A DNA stretch of 64,000 bases, taken from assembly GCA_964400145.1 (NCBI GenBank), contig CAYNTF010000002.1, positions 743 to 64,742 of the forward strand, given 5' to 3'. The notes beneath the pieces are model-generated. The model searched no databases and was not told where the DNA came from. It worked only from the letters and a program-made list of their open reading frames with translations. The DNA comes from an uncultured Lachnospiraceae bacterium. GTDB taxonomy: Bacteria; Bacillota; Clostridia; Christensenellales; UBA1242. The translations under genes and the position numbers were made by a program. Position 1 is the stretch's first letter. Each line of letters begins with the position of its first letter. Shown piece after piece: positions 48,801 to 63,800 of the stretch.

Positions 48801-51800
48801 TCTGACAAATCAAGTGTATAACTGTTGTCAGATGATTCAACAAACGAATCTGTCAAAATAAACCTAAGAGTGCCAGAAGAATATTCCTTAAATGTGACAA
48901 CATTATTGGTGTCTTCCAATGTCACTTCATAAGTTTTTGTTGTTGTCTTAACAGAAATGTCTGCATTCTCAGTCGTTGTTGTTGAAACATAGTTGATTAT
49001 AAGAGAATAACCGCCACCGCTGAACACATTCAAAAGGTTTTTTCCACCTTGTACTTGATCGCCAATCAAATAATATCCGTCAGTATCGTCATATTCCAAC
49101 TCAAACTCTAATGTAAGATCAGTAACATCATCATCACTTGATGTGCTTTGCAATGTGTAACTAATTTTATACTCATTCCAACTTTCCAAAAGTTCGTCAT
49201 CAATTTCGCTGTAATAATCAAGCAAAATCTTGATTTGACCATCTCCATAGTCAAAAACATTGTTCTTGGAGAGTGTGATAGTTCTCGAACTTTGATAAGA
49301 AACCGTCACTGTTGCAGTTAAATTTGACTGCGCTTCACCAAAATACGATGTTCCAGAAACTTTCAAAGTGCTGTCAGAATAACTTGTGGTAACACTTGTA
49401 TATTGCGCACTCACTTCCGCATTTGTTGAAGAATTACGCCAAGTTATTGTCACTTCGCTGTTGGCTTCGACAAAATCAGTGTCATCGATTGTAACTTCAA
49501 AATCAAAATCAATATAATAAGGCGCGATCGCACTGATCAGTCCTGATTTGTTCTTGACAATCGCTGCGCTTTGTCCATTGATTGTTGTTTCAACAAGGCT
49601 GTCACTGCTGTCTTCCACCATTTCGTCAATGTCAGAGATTTTTTCTTCAATCGTGGAAGGTTCTCCGTCAATTTCAACACCGTTGGTTCTGTCATATTCT
49701 GTTATATTCATTGAACCTTCACCAGCAACATAGCCAAGCAGACTGATGTCTTCCGAAGTTCCATCCAAAATACTCTCATATTGCACAAAAGAAACAGAAG
49801 AGTAGTATGTCGTGTCCGCAGCAAGGTAATAAACTAACTGAGAAACTTCAGTCACATTTACTACATAAGATTCATCAGATTCATCAGATTCATCATAGTA
49901 TGACTCAATTATTTGACCTAATAAAGAGTTTACAGTAGTATTGTTGCCGAAGCTATTTTGGTCATACAATATATTATTTTCTACATCATACACATTTGCG
50001 TATCTATTATTACTAGTACTATTATCTATTGTCGCAATCGCTGTGTTATAATCGACAGCATAGTATATCATTCTGCGGGTCATGGTGTCTTCAAGATAAA
50101 TTCTTGCAGGCATGCCGTATGCATCATAACCATTGATATAGAATTCTTCCAGGTCGCTTAAAGAGAACTTCCCTGTAACCATATTCTCGCCATTTAATGT
50201 ATATTGGTCAAGCATTGTTTTTCTGTCAAACTTCATATATTGCGTGTCTGAAACTTCACCTATGTTGCCATCATTTTTGATGTTGTCAGTTGATGTTGAG
50301 CAATCTTCAATACTACCATCCCCACCAATGAAACCAATGCCGTATGCATACACATGTCGATTTTCGCCGCCATTATATGTTATAGTGTATTTCACAATCA
50401 CACATTTAGGTTCTGGATTGTAGCCAGCGTCTGCCTCACCCGAAGTGACTTCGCCTTCAATTTCATACTTGGTTGTATCCATCTTCCCAATCGCTTCAAC
50501 AGCGCCGTCATTGATGCAACCTCTGACAGAGGTTCCACCTGTGCCATAGCCGAAAATTCCGCCAGCATAGTTATACGCGGAGTCATATTCACTTGAATAA
50601 TTCCCCGCACCAATCGTGCCGGTGTTGTATGAATTCTCTATTGTCGCACCAGCTGAATAACCAACAATTCCACCAGCCACAGAATTTGCATTAGTGTTAG
50701 CATTTGTATAATTCGCCAATACTGCATTTTCGTTATACGAATTATCCACAGTTGTGCCAGAAGATGCATAGCCCACAACACCACCTGCAATGAGATTAAA
50801 ACTATCTGACGACTCAGACCCAGTTATTTCACCATCGCTATTGATATATAAGAAAGACGCAGATGAAAGAGATGTACTTCCTGTTGCCACAATTTCTCCG
50901 GCATTGGAAGAATATGAAACTCTTCCCGATGTCAACTGTCCCACAACACCGCCAACAATTCCGACATTATTTGATGTGACATTGACAACGCCATAAACTG
51001 CTGTTGCATTTCCATTCAAAGTTCCAACAACGCCACCAGCCAAAGATGAAGAAGTTGACAATGACAAACTTCCAACAACAGTGATGTTGGTCAAATAGCC
51101 CACAAAAGTTGTGGCAAGCGTGCCTTGTGCACCAGAAACATTTATGTCATTCAATCTCAAATTCTCAATCGTTCCATACACAGTGTCAAACAACGGTGAT
51201 GTCAAATCAGTGAGACTTGAAAAATCAAGAGTGTGATTTGCGCCGTCGATTGTCAGGGTGTAAGAACTTGAACTTGAACTTGACCCAATGTTTTTATTTA
51301 TATACGAATTTGTATCCGAACTCAAATACTTAGAAGACATGTCGATGTCATACAAAATCACAAAATTCCAATCTTGATCATCTACCGAAGCTGAGCCTGT
51401 TTCTATCACATCAAGCATTTGCTGAAATTTTTGAGCATTTGGCACGCCCAGGAACCATTCTGACACATTTGCAGAAGTCAACACATCTAAATATGAAACT
51501 GCCGTATATTCATATTCTGTCACAACAGTTGAACCATCGTCCAAATCGTCAGGATTGCTGATTTTTCTCGTGTATGCGGTGACATTTTTGAGATAACCAA
51601 AGCCGTGCGAAGCATATCCATAGTTGACATATGGATTGAAATACCAAGTTGTGTATCCAGAACTACTGCTGTCCGGATTAATTTTTTGATCTGAGTATGC
51701 CTCCTTGTTGTAAGCAAGAGCCCATGTATCGGTTCTGGTATACAAATCAAAAGATGATCCTCGGCTATTAGAAACTTCAGCAAATTTCACACTAGGAGTC

Positions 51801-54800
51801 TCTGTATCTCCCGAGATTGATGTTAATTGAACATTTGCTATGGAATAACAATCCGTTAAAATTAAACTAGGCACTGCAGCAAAAGTGTAAACTTCGTTTG
51901 AGGTTGAAGTGTAATAAACTTCAATCAATCCAGCAGAATATGTGGATTTGATGGTACTTTCTTGCCACCAACCAGATGAAGAATTGTAATATAATGCAAT
52001 CCCTGCAACACCCGCATTATCACCATCTCCACCACGATATGTGATTGTGGCGTCAACATAACAGTCACTAATCATTCCGCCACACATATTACCAGCGATT
52101 CCAGCAAGTTTAAAACTTGAACCTTTACTTTTCACACCGACTGAAAGTTCACCCTTGACAGCAACACCATATATGAAGGAATTGTCATACATGTAACCAA
52201 CAACTCCGCCAAAATAATTTGAAGATATATCATATGATTGAATGTCCAACTCAATCACAAGTCCAGTGATTGCAGAGAAGTAAGCAAGGTCATACCTGTC
52301 ATATGTACCCATAGCATTAAACAAAGCGCCGGTTGCACTGGTTCTTTCTGATGAAAGGTCTGAATCGGAAATTGTTATCGTCTGTCCATTTCCAACAATC
52401 ACTGCATCGCTTAAAGTGCTGCCTGAACTCAACAATCCATCGATAGAAGTTGTCACAGCATACCACTTTATCAGTTCTGAAGTTGAAGTTGTTAAACTTT
52501 TTCCAGCCTCGCTAATTGTCAATGGATTGAGTTTTGACCCCAAAGCAAGGTCGCCACCAATGTTAAAATACTCCAAAATGTCAGTGCTGTACATAATATC
52601 TGAAGTGTCGGTTGTCTCAACCACTGTGGTGTATCCCATATAATCCACACTTGCGCCATATGGTGCATCCACATTTCCGCTTTCTTCTTGATACGCCATG
52701 CAAACACCAGAAGAATAATAATTGTCTTGATATTTCACAAGATCTGAATTTGCACCAACAACTGCTCCAACTTTATAATTTGATGTATCGTTGGTAACTT
52801 TTATATTAAAGTTGGTCATAAGGCTGTAAGAATTTGTTATATCAATGTAAGACGCCTTTCCAACAATTCCGCCGAAATTATATGTGTTAAGCGTATCATA
52901 TCTATCAGGATCATTGGTAGTAGATTCAGTTGTTTCTCGAGCGTTATAACAAATAAAAATATTTCCATAAGAATAGCAGTTTGAAATGGTGTAAGCCGAA
53001 GAAGATTCTGTTCCTATGACACTTTCATAATCGCCACTGTCCTCTTTGTCGACATCAAATTCTCCAACAATTCCACCAACGGTCAAACTTCCGCTATTAA
53101 GGTTATAGCCATATGCTTTCACTGCTCCGCCAAACACCGCTCTTTTGATTGTTATGCTGTTTTCACTGTTTTTGTAATCTGTTCTTGAAACATACCCAAA
53201 AACACCACCAAAAATCAGGGTTTTGATGTCAGAAATGACATTGCCTGTGTATTGAACATAGCCATATGAACTTTCGCTGTCGTTTATACTGATTGTGACT
53301 TCTGTGCTGTCACTTCCCACACTCTCTTCTTTGACTTGAACCCAACCAACAACGCCACCGACATATGCCGTACCGTAACCTTCATATGCTTTATACGTGC
53401 CGTCATTTTCATATCCCTTCACAGAGATGTTGATGGAATTATCGATTGAAGCATTCACTGTAAGCCCTTCATTAATTTTTCCAATAAGCCCACCAACCGA
53501 TATTATTCCATCGGAAGATGTAGATTCCGTAGACACACAAATGGCACCAGATATCTCTGAATCACCCGAAACATAAACAGTTCCACTCACAGAATATCCA
53601 ACAATTCCGCCTATGGCGTTGTCTTGACTGTCACCATTCACAATGAATGAATTTACGGTATATTCCTTATAATTTTTGTCAAATTCCGTGTCATCGGTGC
53701 CGTCTTCATTTGCAACAGTCAAGTCCACTGAGAAACTTTGAACGACGATGTTGCTGTTTGAATATCCAACAAGCCCGCCGATATAGACAGATTTTTTCAC
53801 TCTCGCACGGGTCGCTTGATATATCCCGCCTTTCAAAACGAATAAACTCACACCTTCAATGCTTGCTTGCGTGTTGTATATCGCACCGAAAGCAATTCCA
53901 GCATAGAGAGAGCCAACATTTTCACTTTGCAAAATTTTCATTCCGTTGCCACCCGATGAAGAATCAGAAACGCTGATTTGAGTGACACCGTTGATATACC
54001 CAGCCACACCGCCAACATACACAGTTTCACTTTCCGAGGCAATGTTCAACTGCACATCGTCAATGGTTGTGATATATAATGTCGACCTCATTGCGCCAGA
54101 TTTCACTATCGAACCTGCAAACACGCCGGCATAAAGCGTGACATTTGTGCTGCTCGATGTGTTTTTCAAATTTATCACAAGACCATCACCACTCTCGCTG
54201 ATGACACTCACGCCTTGAATTGTTGTGGAAGTGATTGCACTTTCTTGTTCAATATATCCAGCCAAAAGACCATAATACAACTCTTGCACGGTTGAACTTG
54301 AACTTGTTGTGAATGTGATTGAACTTTCATTTCTCGCCGTGAAAGATATGTTAACAAATGAAGTTGACTCTGCATGGTTTGTGATAAGCCCAGCAGCATA
54401 TCTGCCGTTTGAGTCTGAGCCGAAAGAAGTCGCTTCTATGGAAACATTGTTATTCAAAACTATGTTCACATCGCGTATCACCGAATCTTCAACGGTCTTA
54501 AACAAATTATAGTCGATAACATCGCTGCCAGATTCAACAAGATATATGTTCAGCCCTTGAATTGTTGCATTGCTTAAAAATTCAAACAAACTTTCATCCA
54601 AAATCAAACCAACATCCGATCCAGCGTCACCGCCCACAAGAGTTTTGCCAAGAGTTGTGTCATGATAGACTTCGTTGGTCACATAACCTTCTGCGTGTGA
54701 CTGAACATAGGCATAATACGAAATCAGAGTGCCACTGAATGTTGTTGATAGTGTTTTAAAGTTTGCACTTGCGGACCCTTGCGCTGAATCACTGGTCAAG

Positions 54801-57800
54801 TCGATATCTGACCACTCAGCATTGTTTTCACTTTCCGAAACTCTTCCTCTCACAATAACTGTTATGGAAGGGTTGTTTTCGATTGCAGCTAAAACTTCTT
54901 CCGTGTTGTAAACATCCCAATAAATAGTATCCAAATTTGATGTCAAATCAATATATGGGAAAAGCGTGCTTTGAGTATGCTCCCAATATTGCGACTGCCA
55001 ATCATTTTCAAGGAAATATGAGTTAAATCTGACATACGCCAAATCCATAGATGACAAAGAGCCAATGCTTGTTGCCTGCAAAATGCTTGAACTCACTGTG
55101 CTTGCATCATTACTAAATCCAAAATATCCTGCCAAATCTATCTGACTTCCAGAAACAATGACATTTGAATAACCACCAACCGTGTTTGAACTATATCCAA
55201 CCGAAGTGGAAGTTGAAGTATACACATCAAAATAGTCGCTTGAACTGTCCAAAATATAGAGCCTGTTGTTAAGTTCTTCAATTTCTGTCTTGCCATCTTC
55301 ACCATATGAATAGATTTTTCCAATCAGCATATAATGCTCTCCGCCAGACAAAACTGTCTGCGATGCATTGTCAACTATTGCCTGTTCCACGGAATAATAA
55401 TTCATTGCCATGACATCTTTGAGTGCAATGATTGGAATGTTGCCAGAATCACTTCTTATTGCACCGATAATTCCCCCACTTATGCCATTTTCGCTTGTTG
55501 TGTATAGGTCGCCAGAAGCATAGACATCATAAAGGAAAATGTTGATATTTGAAGTGTTGTTTGTGAAAGTGAGTTCATAACTGTTTCCAACATTTCCAGC
55601 CAAACCAATAATTCCGCCAACTGCTTCTGCCGTGTCGGAGATGACATTGATTTTGCTGTATGCCACGCTGATGAAACCGCCACCCATATATCCAACAAGT
55701 CCACCAACATAAAGCACATTGTCGCCATCTTCGTTGTCAGTTCCGATGTTCTTTTTGTATGAGAAGATGTTTTGTTGCCCGCGTTCCACGCTTGAAGAAG
55801 AGTTGTAATATGAATATTCACTGCTTTCAATTTGGCTTTGCAAATCTTCGCTGTAAGTTGCATAAACTGCGAACAAACCACCATAGTTTTCGCCAATCAA
55901 ACCGCCGGCATAAAGGTTTTTGGAAGTGATATAGGAAGGGTTATCGCCCGACATGTTGGCGTCGAGTTCCAAGCCAGCATCAAAGATGTAGGTCGATTCT
56001 CCCACATATCCAAACAAACCGCCGACCACTTGTCCATAGATATCCACAGAATCGGTGACATAGACGGTTGTAATACCAAAATCGCTCACTTCAAGAGAGT
56101 TGTCATAGCGCACATAGTCAGGAATTTGTGTGTCATAGATGTCCACATAACCCACCAAAGCACCAGCGTATGAAAGAGCACTCACATACGCTTTCAGACC
56201 GGTTGAAACATAACCACGCAAAGTATCGCCCGTCAAATCGTCGTTTGCTCCAACATATTTTGTTCCGTTATAGGTCGATTCAATAACCATGTTACTTGCC
56301 GTGATGTCATGCATTTCGCTGGCACCAAAAATCATGCCAACAACACCCCCGACAATGTTATACCCCGTCACACTTATATCTTCTTCACTTGAAAGTGGTG
56401 AAACGGATATTGCGACAAGTTTGCTGTCAACAGCCGTGCCAGCAAGCGCACCCACAATGCTTGCGTTGGTGTCATTGATAAGTCCGACAGTGAAGTTGAC
56501 ATTCATTATAACCGCGCCATTCAATTTTGCAAAAAGACCAAAATTTTCCAACTCTTCGTCAGAGCGCAAGTTGATGTTGGAAATGGTAAATCCATTGCCA
56601 TCCAAAAGCCCTGTGAAAGTTTTTTCTGTGGTGGTCAACTTAACCGCTCCGTCACCAGAGATATCAAGGTCAATTTCGCTCATGTCAATGTCGTTGACAA
56701 CGCGATAATTTCCAAAAACAGAAGTATCCGAATAATATGCTTGATAAGCAGAAATTGGTGTTGAAGTGGCATCACCCGTTGCCACAGCAAAGTCATAGGC
56801 ATCTCTCAAAATGATTGGGTTGTTTATGCTTCCATAAGAGATGTCAATAAGTTCAAGTGTTGATGCTTCAAGAATTGAACTGGTGTAATAGATATATGTC
56901 ATGTTATTTACAGTGACAGCATAACGGTTTGAAAAAGCAATTTGGTTGGCAGAAACAAGTGTGATTCCGTTTGAAGTTGTTGTCCAAATGCCGTCATAAG
57001 CATCTTCACTTGACGCGAATGTGAAGCCATAGAGGTCGTCTTCTGGCGTGTTTTTGATGCTCAAACTGTTCACCGCAGTGACACCCGTTGTTATCGACGA
57101 CTGATTTGTGTTATCTTCGGTGCCAGAGTTAAAATAGTAAGATTTTGTGATTGTGCCTTCATTCAAAGAGTTCAACTGCGCATCAACGCCTGTGAAAGGC
57201 ATTTGATATCCGTCAGTCGTGTCAACATAACTTGCCGAATAGCAAAGCGTGATTTGTCCACTCGACTGGTTGATGTAAACAAATCCAGAAGCCAAATATG
57301 GTTTGTAAGTTTCGTCATTTGCAATGGCAATGTTGGAGTATGAATTCTTGACAAGCCCACTGTTTGTATAAACAAAGCCGGCAGCAATGCCCATTGTGGA
57401 CAAGTTTGTTTTTTGGTTTTGCACATCTTCGCCGTCGCCAACGCTCTCAACATAACTGCCTTGAACATTGCCCGAGTTTGTCATAACAAAACCTGCTGTT
57501 TGAGAAGTGGTTGATTTGGTTTGGTTATAAATCTGCAACGATTTTGCGAAAGACGCACTCACACTTCCAGAGTTTGTTCCAACAAAACCTGAAACATTGC
57601 CCTGTCCAACGATTGTGAAAGTGCCAAGTGATTTTGATTGAAGATATGTCGAACTGCCAACAGTGACAATTTCACGATAACTATCTCCACCAACACGGCT
57701 GTTTGTGATTGAAGCGGTGTTTTCGCAAACAAACCCTGCAATGTTGATTGAAAGATTATATTGACTTATTTGTTGTTCCGTCAAAAGCACAGAATCGGTG

Positions 57801-60800
57801 TTGTCGCCAATGGTAAAGTTCACCACAATGCCGTTGGTGGTGTATTGAACCGATTGATTTTCGGACATATACGAAATGACTTCGCAGTTATATATAATTC
57901 CATTGTTTGTGATTGCAAAGCCCGCTATGTTTATGGTGCTGTAATCTTGAACATCGACATAAATCTGCCCACCTGAATATATGTTCACTCGAACATTTTT
58001 CAATGTGGTGTCTTCACTCACCGTATCAAACAATGCAAGTGATAGCGTGCTGGAATCTTCCGGATAAGCAAAACTGTTGATATGAATGGTGTATCCATTT
58101 CCGTCCAAACTTGAAACCAAATCGGTGTCGAGCGGTGTGTAGTCAGTCAACACTATGTCATTCATCAAGATGTAATCATCCGCTTCGTCCGAATTTGTGA
58201 GATAATCAACAAATTCTTCCGCTGTTGTGATTTGTGTTGGAATGTATTCATCTGAATAAACGCTGACAACCACATAGAAATAATAATCATACTCGTATGT
58301 GATGTTCGCATAGACAATCGTTGTTCGAAGTTTCATAAGTTGATAGCCCGTTCGTTTGCCCGTCAGTTGCAAGAGCGTTCGCCCAGAATTTTCGCTTTCA
58401 ATAATGTTGAAGTAGTCATTTTCTGTAATTGTTGAGCCGTTGTAGATTGAATGTGAAGTGCTGTCGCCCGAACTTGTAATACTTGTGACATAAGAAAGTT
58501 GTTGTTTGAGTGTCAGTCCTTGATCGTTGGAATAGTTGATATAATATCCTGAGTTTTCATCTGCGTAATAATTGTTTTGCTCAAATTGGCTTTGTTTTGC
58601 AAGCAATTCGTTGACTTTCGCCACTTCGCTTGGATTGGTGCTGTCATATATATAACTTTCTGGAATGATAGGATAGTTGAAGGACAAAATGTCAGTCGAA
58701 CCCAGATATAGATTGAAAACATCTGCTGTGAAACCATTATATGTCGCTTGTGCACCCGTTGAATTGACAGAGATGTTGTTGGCATCAACCGTGAAATCAA
58801 CAAGACAAACCGTTGCTTTGCTTTGTTTGATTTCCTGAGTGCCATTAATCACCCTTTGCACATCGGCGCAGATATAGAATATGCCGGTATCCTTTATGCC
58901 GGTATCGCCGCCACTTAACTCAGCATCAACATACGCCGTGACAGTGGCGGTGTAGACCTTCACATTGCCTTGCACTTCCATTGTCCAAGGAGAAATGTCA
59001 ATGTTTGCGCTGACATTGTTTGTGTAGAGATTATAAAGAGTTTGGTCAAGCCCAACTGTCACAGTTATGGTTGCCGAGTCACCTTTCGCCAAAAGGTGCG
59101 TGCTTTCGCCGTCCACCTTGACTTGTGCTTCTTGCAAATAGTTGACATTCAAATCGGTTGAGCCATAATAAATTTCGTTGTTATTTTGGTCATAGAAGTT
59201 GACTGTGATCTTGATGTCGCTGTCGATTGTGAAAGAACTTGAAACATAAACTCTGAAATAATACACGCCGTCGCCCTTTTTGTCGTCGTCAGTCAAGTTG
59301 ACTCTAAGTCCATTCGTTATAAATGTTGTGTTTGCTGAATTGATGTAATAACCATAAGTCCCAGAAGAAAGTCTGGAAATTGACAAAGTTCCAAGAGTGC
59401 CAGAAGTGGTGTCGCCTGTTGCAGAATATGTGATTGTGAAGTATGACATAAGCGCATACGCTGGGCTGACAGTCACCGCCACAATAACATCGCTGGACGG
59501 GCTTATGGTGTTCAAAATTGCGTCCGAAATTGTGTAATATGTCACATTTCTCACACTTGACCTGCTGGCAATCGAATATGTGTGAATTGATACATCATTA
59601 ACTGACTGCGTTTCAAGATTAAGTGTGACATCAACCGACGGACTGCCACTTGCCATTTGACTGAGTGGAGTGACCGTGAGTGTCATGCCATAATAATTTT
59701 CTTCAACAAGATGCAAACAACTGTCATCAACTTTGACAACAACATGATAAAGCTGTTCGTCATCACTTGCCCCCTTACTTTTCGACCAAGTCACCTTGAT
59801 GAGAAGGTCACTTTCAAGTTTGAAGTATGCCACAGATGTGTCTTTGTCAAATGTCAGTGCATCGCCATTTTCGTCGACAACTTCCAAAGTTATGTCGCCA
59901 TAAGTGAGAGCGAAAGTGAGATTGTCATTACTGTTGTCAGTTGTCAGTTTGAAATCAAACTCTGCATATTGTGACGCAGTGAATGTGACATTTTGAGAAT
60001 TTTGCAATTCCAAAGTGCGCGCGCCATCATATATCGTCACATTGAAACTCTTTTTGGTTTTTTCATTGATAACGGAATTATAAGTTTCGCTCAACCCACT
60101 CAATGTGATGAAAGATGAAATTTCAATATCATCTCCATTTACTTTCAACCCTTCCAAAAAGATGTTGGAGCTGTTCTTGGAAATCGAGATATAAACGCCA
60201 ATATCATCAGTATATGATATGTCAAAAGTATAGTCATTTTCTGTTGTATACATTGTTCCATTGAGAGAAATTCGGCTGTCCAAATTGTTGACAATCTGGC
60301 TTGAACTGCCCGTTTGAAGCAAAATGGTGCTTCCGTCTGAAATTGTGTTGTCATTTAAGGTCAAGTTGAGTGACGGCAAATTGTTTAGCACAACAAATGT
60401 GAATGTTTTGGATGAAGTGAAGTCCATTTTGGAATATACCGTCACTTCAAACGCTGTGGTTGACACGCCATTCAACAACAAATCATTGGTGTTGATTGAA
60501 ACCAACGAAGAAGTTGTGGAAAGCAGAAGCGTTCTTGCCTGTTTTGAACTTGAAAGATTGAACAAATCAACATATGAAATTGTGTTGCGCGCAGTCAAAG
60601 CCGACTCTTCCGCCGAAGTGTTTGTGCTTTGCGTCAAACTTGTGTAGAACAAAATTCCACTTGTTGAATCAACGGCAAGCGCTTGGATGTAACTTTCTTC
60701 AATGTCATTTATCACCAAAGTTCTGATATCAACAGCAATGGTTTGAGTGATTGCAGAAAGATAGACAAATCCAAAGTTGACATCTTCGTCAATCTCACTT

Positions 60801-63800
60801 GTCACCCAAATGGATGAGTTAAGCCCTTGAAGCAATGTCTCCCAAGAACTAACTCCCGATGCTGAAACTGAAACACCATCCGAATTTTTTGTGATAGTCA
60901 CATTAATATATGAATTGTTGTAACTTGCAGAAAGCATCTGCATTGTCAATGTTGAACTGCTGCAATAGAGATAATACGAATTGGAAAAAGTAATTGTGCC
61001 TGAACCCATGTGTGTTGTCGACAAACTTCCCAAGAAAGCAAAACTTTGGTCAATCGTGTTCTCGCCGTTTGAATAGCCCACAAACAATGAAACAGAGCTC
61101 ATTCCATTCAAAATTGACGAATAGTCATCGCCACCATCGGTCAAATCGGTCAAAGGATATGCATAGACATAGGAAGTGGAAATTGAACTTTCCGACTCTG
61201 CTTGTCCAACAATTCCGCCGAAATAGGTGTTGCCTGCGCCCGTTATGGTGTTATAACCGCTTTCGAATTTATAGAATTCCACACCTGAGCCAGAAATTGT
61301 TCCCGAATTTTGTCCAACAAGTCCGCCAATATATGTTGCATTTGTTGCCGAAATAGTCAACCCCAAAACAAACGAATTTGTGATTTTTCCCGTGTTTGAA
61401 CCAACAAGTCCGCCAACATAGGTTCCTGACCCTGTTGTCGTCGTGAGCGTGCTGTAGGAATATCCATTTGAAGAATAGTAGACATCCACATACACATTTT
61501 CGATTGTGCCACTGTTCTCATCAGCAACAAATCCAGAATATGCTGAAGTTGTTGTCACTTGTCCTGCAAAAGTCAAGTTTTTGATTGTTCCTTTGTTTGT
61601 TGTCACAAAATTGTCGCTTGAACCTGTGAAAGTGAGCGTGATGGTTTCATCAGCACCAAAAATCATTCCAGAAAGTTCGGAAAAACTTGTCCAATTATTG
61701 AGTGTAAGGTTGTTCATGATTTGATAATATTTTGCTGTGTTTATGGCTTTAAGTTCGTCAACGCTGTAAATTCTCAATGCGGTTTCTTCTGTCAAACCGT
61801 CAGCAACGGTCACCTTAATTCTCAAAAAGATTTGCGAATAATAAATTTTTTCGCCGTCATTATTGAGAAAATATGTGGCAACATTACCGTATGAAGCACT
61901 GTCAGTTCCATCACTGATTAAATAATCATAGTAATACGGCAAATCTTCCCAATCTATATATGTTGGTGTTTCTTCAACGATATTTCCGTCACTGTCTGTC
62001 GAATAGATATACAGCAAAATTTTTGTTTCCCCATCCACAGACTTAATCATGTCGGTCGGCAAGATATAGAGATATCCCACCCCACCTGTTTCGGTGTTGT
62101 TCACAATGCTTAAATTGAAAGTTTCGCCACTGCCCTGCTGAACGATATTCAAAAACCCACTGTTTCCAGATGTTGGAAGGAAATAGTAACTCAAAGTCTT
62201 GTCATTCGCGTCAGACGGAGAGATGACAGTTGAAATTGTCGCCGTTTTGTCGTTTGTGTTGGAAGAAGTCAAGTCAAGATAAATCTCATCGCCTTCTGTG
62301 CTGTTTGTCCAAGTGACACTTTCAACGCGGTTCACATTGCGAATTTGAATTGTGATTTGCGTCGAGCGAGTCAGTCCGTTCGGGTCAGTGTATGTTATTG
62401 TCAAAACATCTTCAAAATATGTTTGCAAATTGGTGGAATTGGCTGTGATTGTGAATTTCAAATATCTTCCCGAATTGGTGTATTGCACATTGCTTATGGT
62501 GTAATAATTGTTTGACAGCACTTGATCTGATGTTGTCACATAAGCCCCCGATGTTAACACTGTCGCGTTCGAAAGTGCATCTTGCGCCGAAGTGAAAGTG
62601 AAATATTCCAAACTGTCCGTGTAGGTCGGTGTTTTGATGTCCGATCTAAACGACAAAGTTATGTCAACATACGAAAGCGACAAATCTGAAATCGAAAGTG
62701 TTTCGGTTGTGTATAACAATTTTTCGCGAATGCTTGGAGAGATATAAGAAACGGAATAGAAACTTTCAATCGCAAAAATTCTGACAATCAGCACTTCATC
62801 GTGATTGACATCATAACCACTGAAAGTTGCAAGAATATAGCCTTTAAAAACATTTTCTGTCAAAGTCAGTCTGCTTTCGGTTATAGAGAAATAGGAATTG
62901 TAAGCATCGACAGAACTGAAACTTGTGTATAGATTGTTCAAAACATATTCCAAATTATCATTATTGAAAATTTCAAGTGCCCTCGCCTGAGCCTCTTCTG
63001 CTGTGCCCCCTTCCGTATTTTGAATGTAATCCACCAAACTATCAAACGAAAGGTATGAGAACGAAATTCCATTATTTGACAAAGTTTGATATTCACTTAT
63101 CAAAGGCAAAATCGCCCCCGCCTCAATCAAAAGATGTGAAAGGCTGGTGTTGGAAATGGTCGAACTTGTTGAAACAGAGTTGTTCTCTGCGACATAACTT
63201 TGAGTGGAAGTGCGACTTATGAACACATTTGTGGAAGAAGCATTTCCGTTTGAAATGGATACGGATGTCACAGGCATAAACGCTGAAACAGTGAACTGCG
63301 CTGTGGTTTTTCCGGTCACATGTTCAAACCAAAAGTTTGTTTCCGATTCAAAATCTTTTCCATTTATTGTGACAGTGAAAGTGAAAATGACATAAGTGTT
63401 TGAACTAGACGATGAAGAACTAAGTGTCGTTAAGGAAGAGAATGTGAAAAGTTCATTTCCATCGCTGACAAGTTCAAGTCCGCTTATGGACGATATGCCA
63501 GAGATTTTGAGAGTATATGTGGCAGTGTTTGAAGACAAGTTTGTGGATATGTATTGTGTTTCAACTTCCGTAGATTCCCCTGTTTCAACGTCATAACTTT
63601 CAACATTCAACTCGCCGTCGGTGATTTTATACAAATTCAATGTCAAGGATGCACTCACCGCCGATGTACTGCAAGAAACAAAATTAATTACAACTCCTGT
63701 CAAGTCTTGCACCAAACTACTGCTTGCCAGAATGTAGACACTTGCATTGTTGCTTATTGCATCAGTTTTATAGATTATGTCACCGTTTACGCCACTTAAA

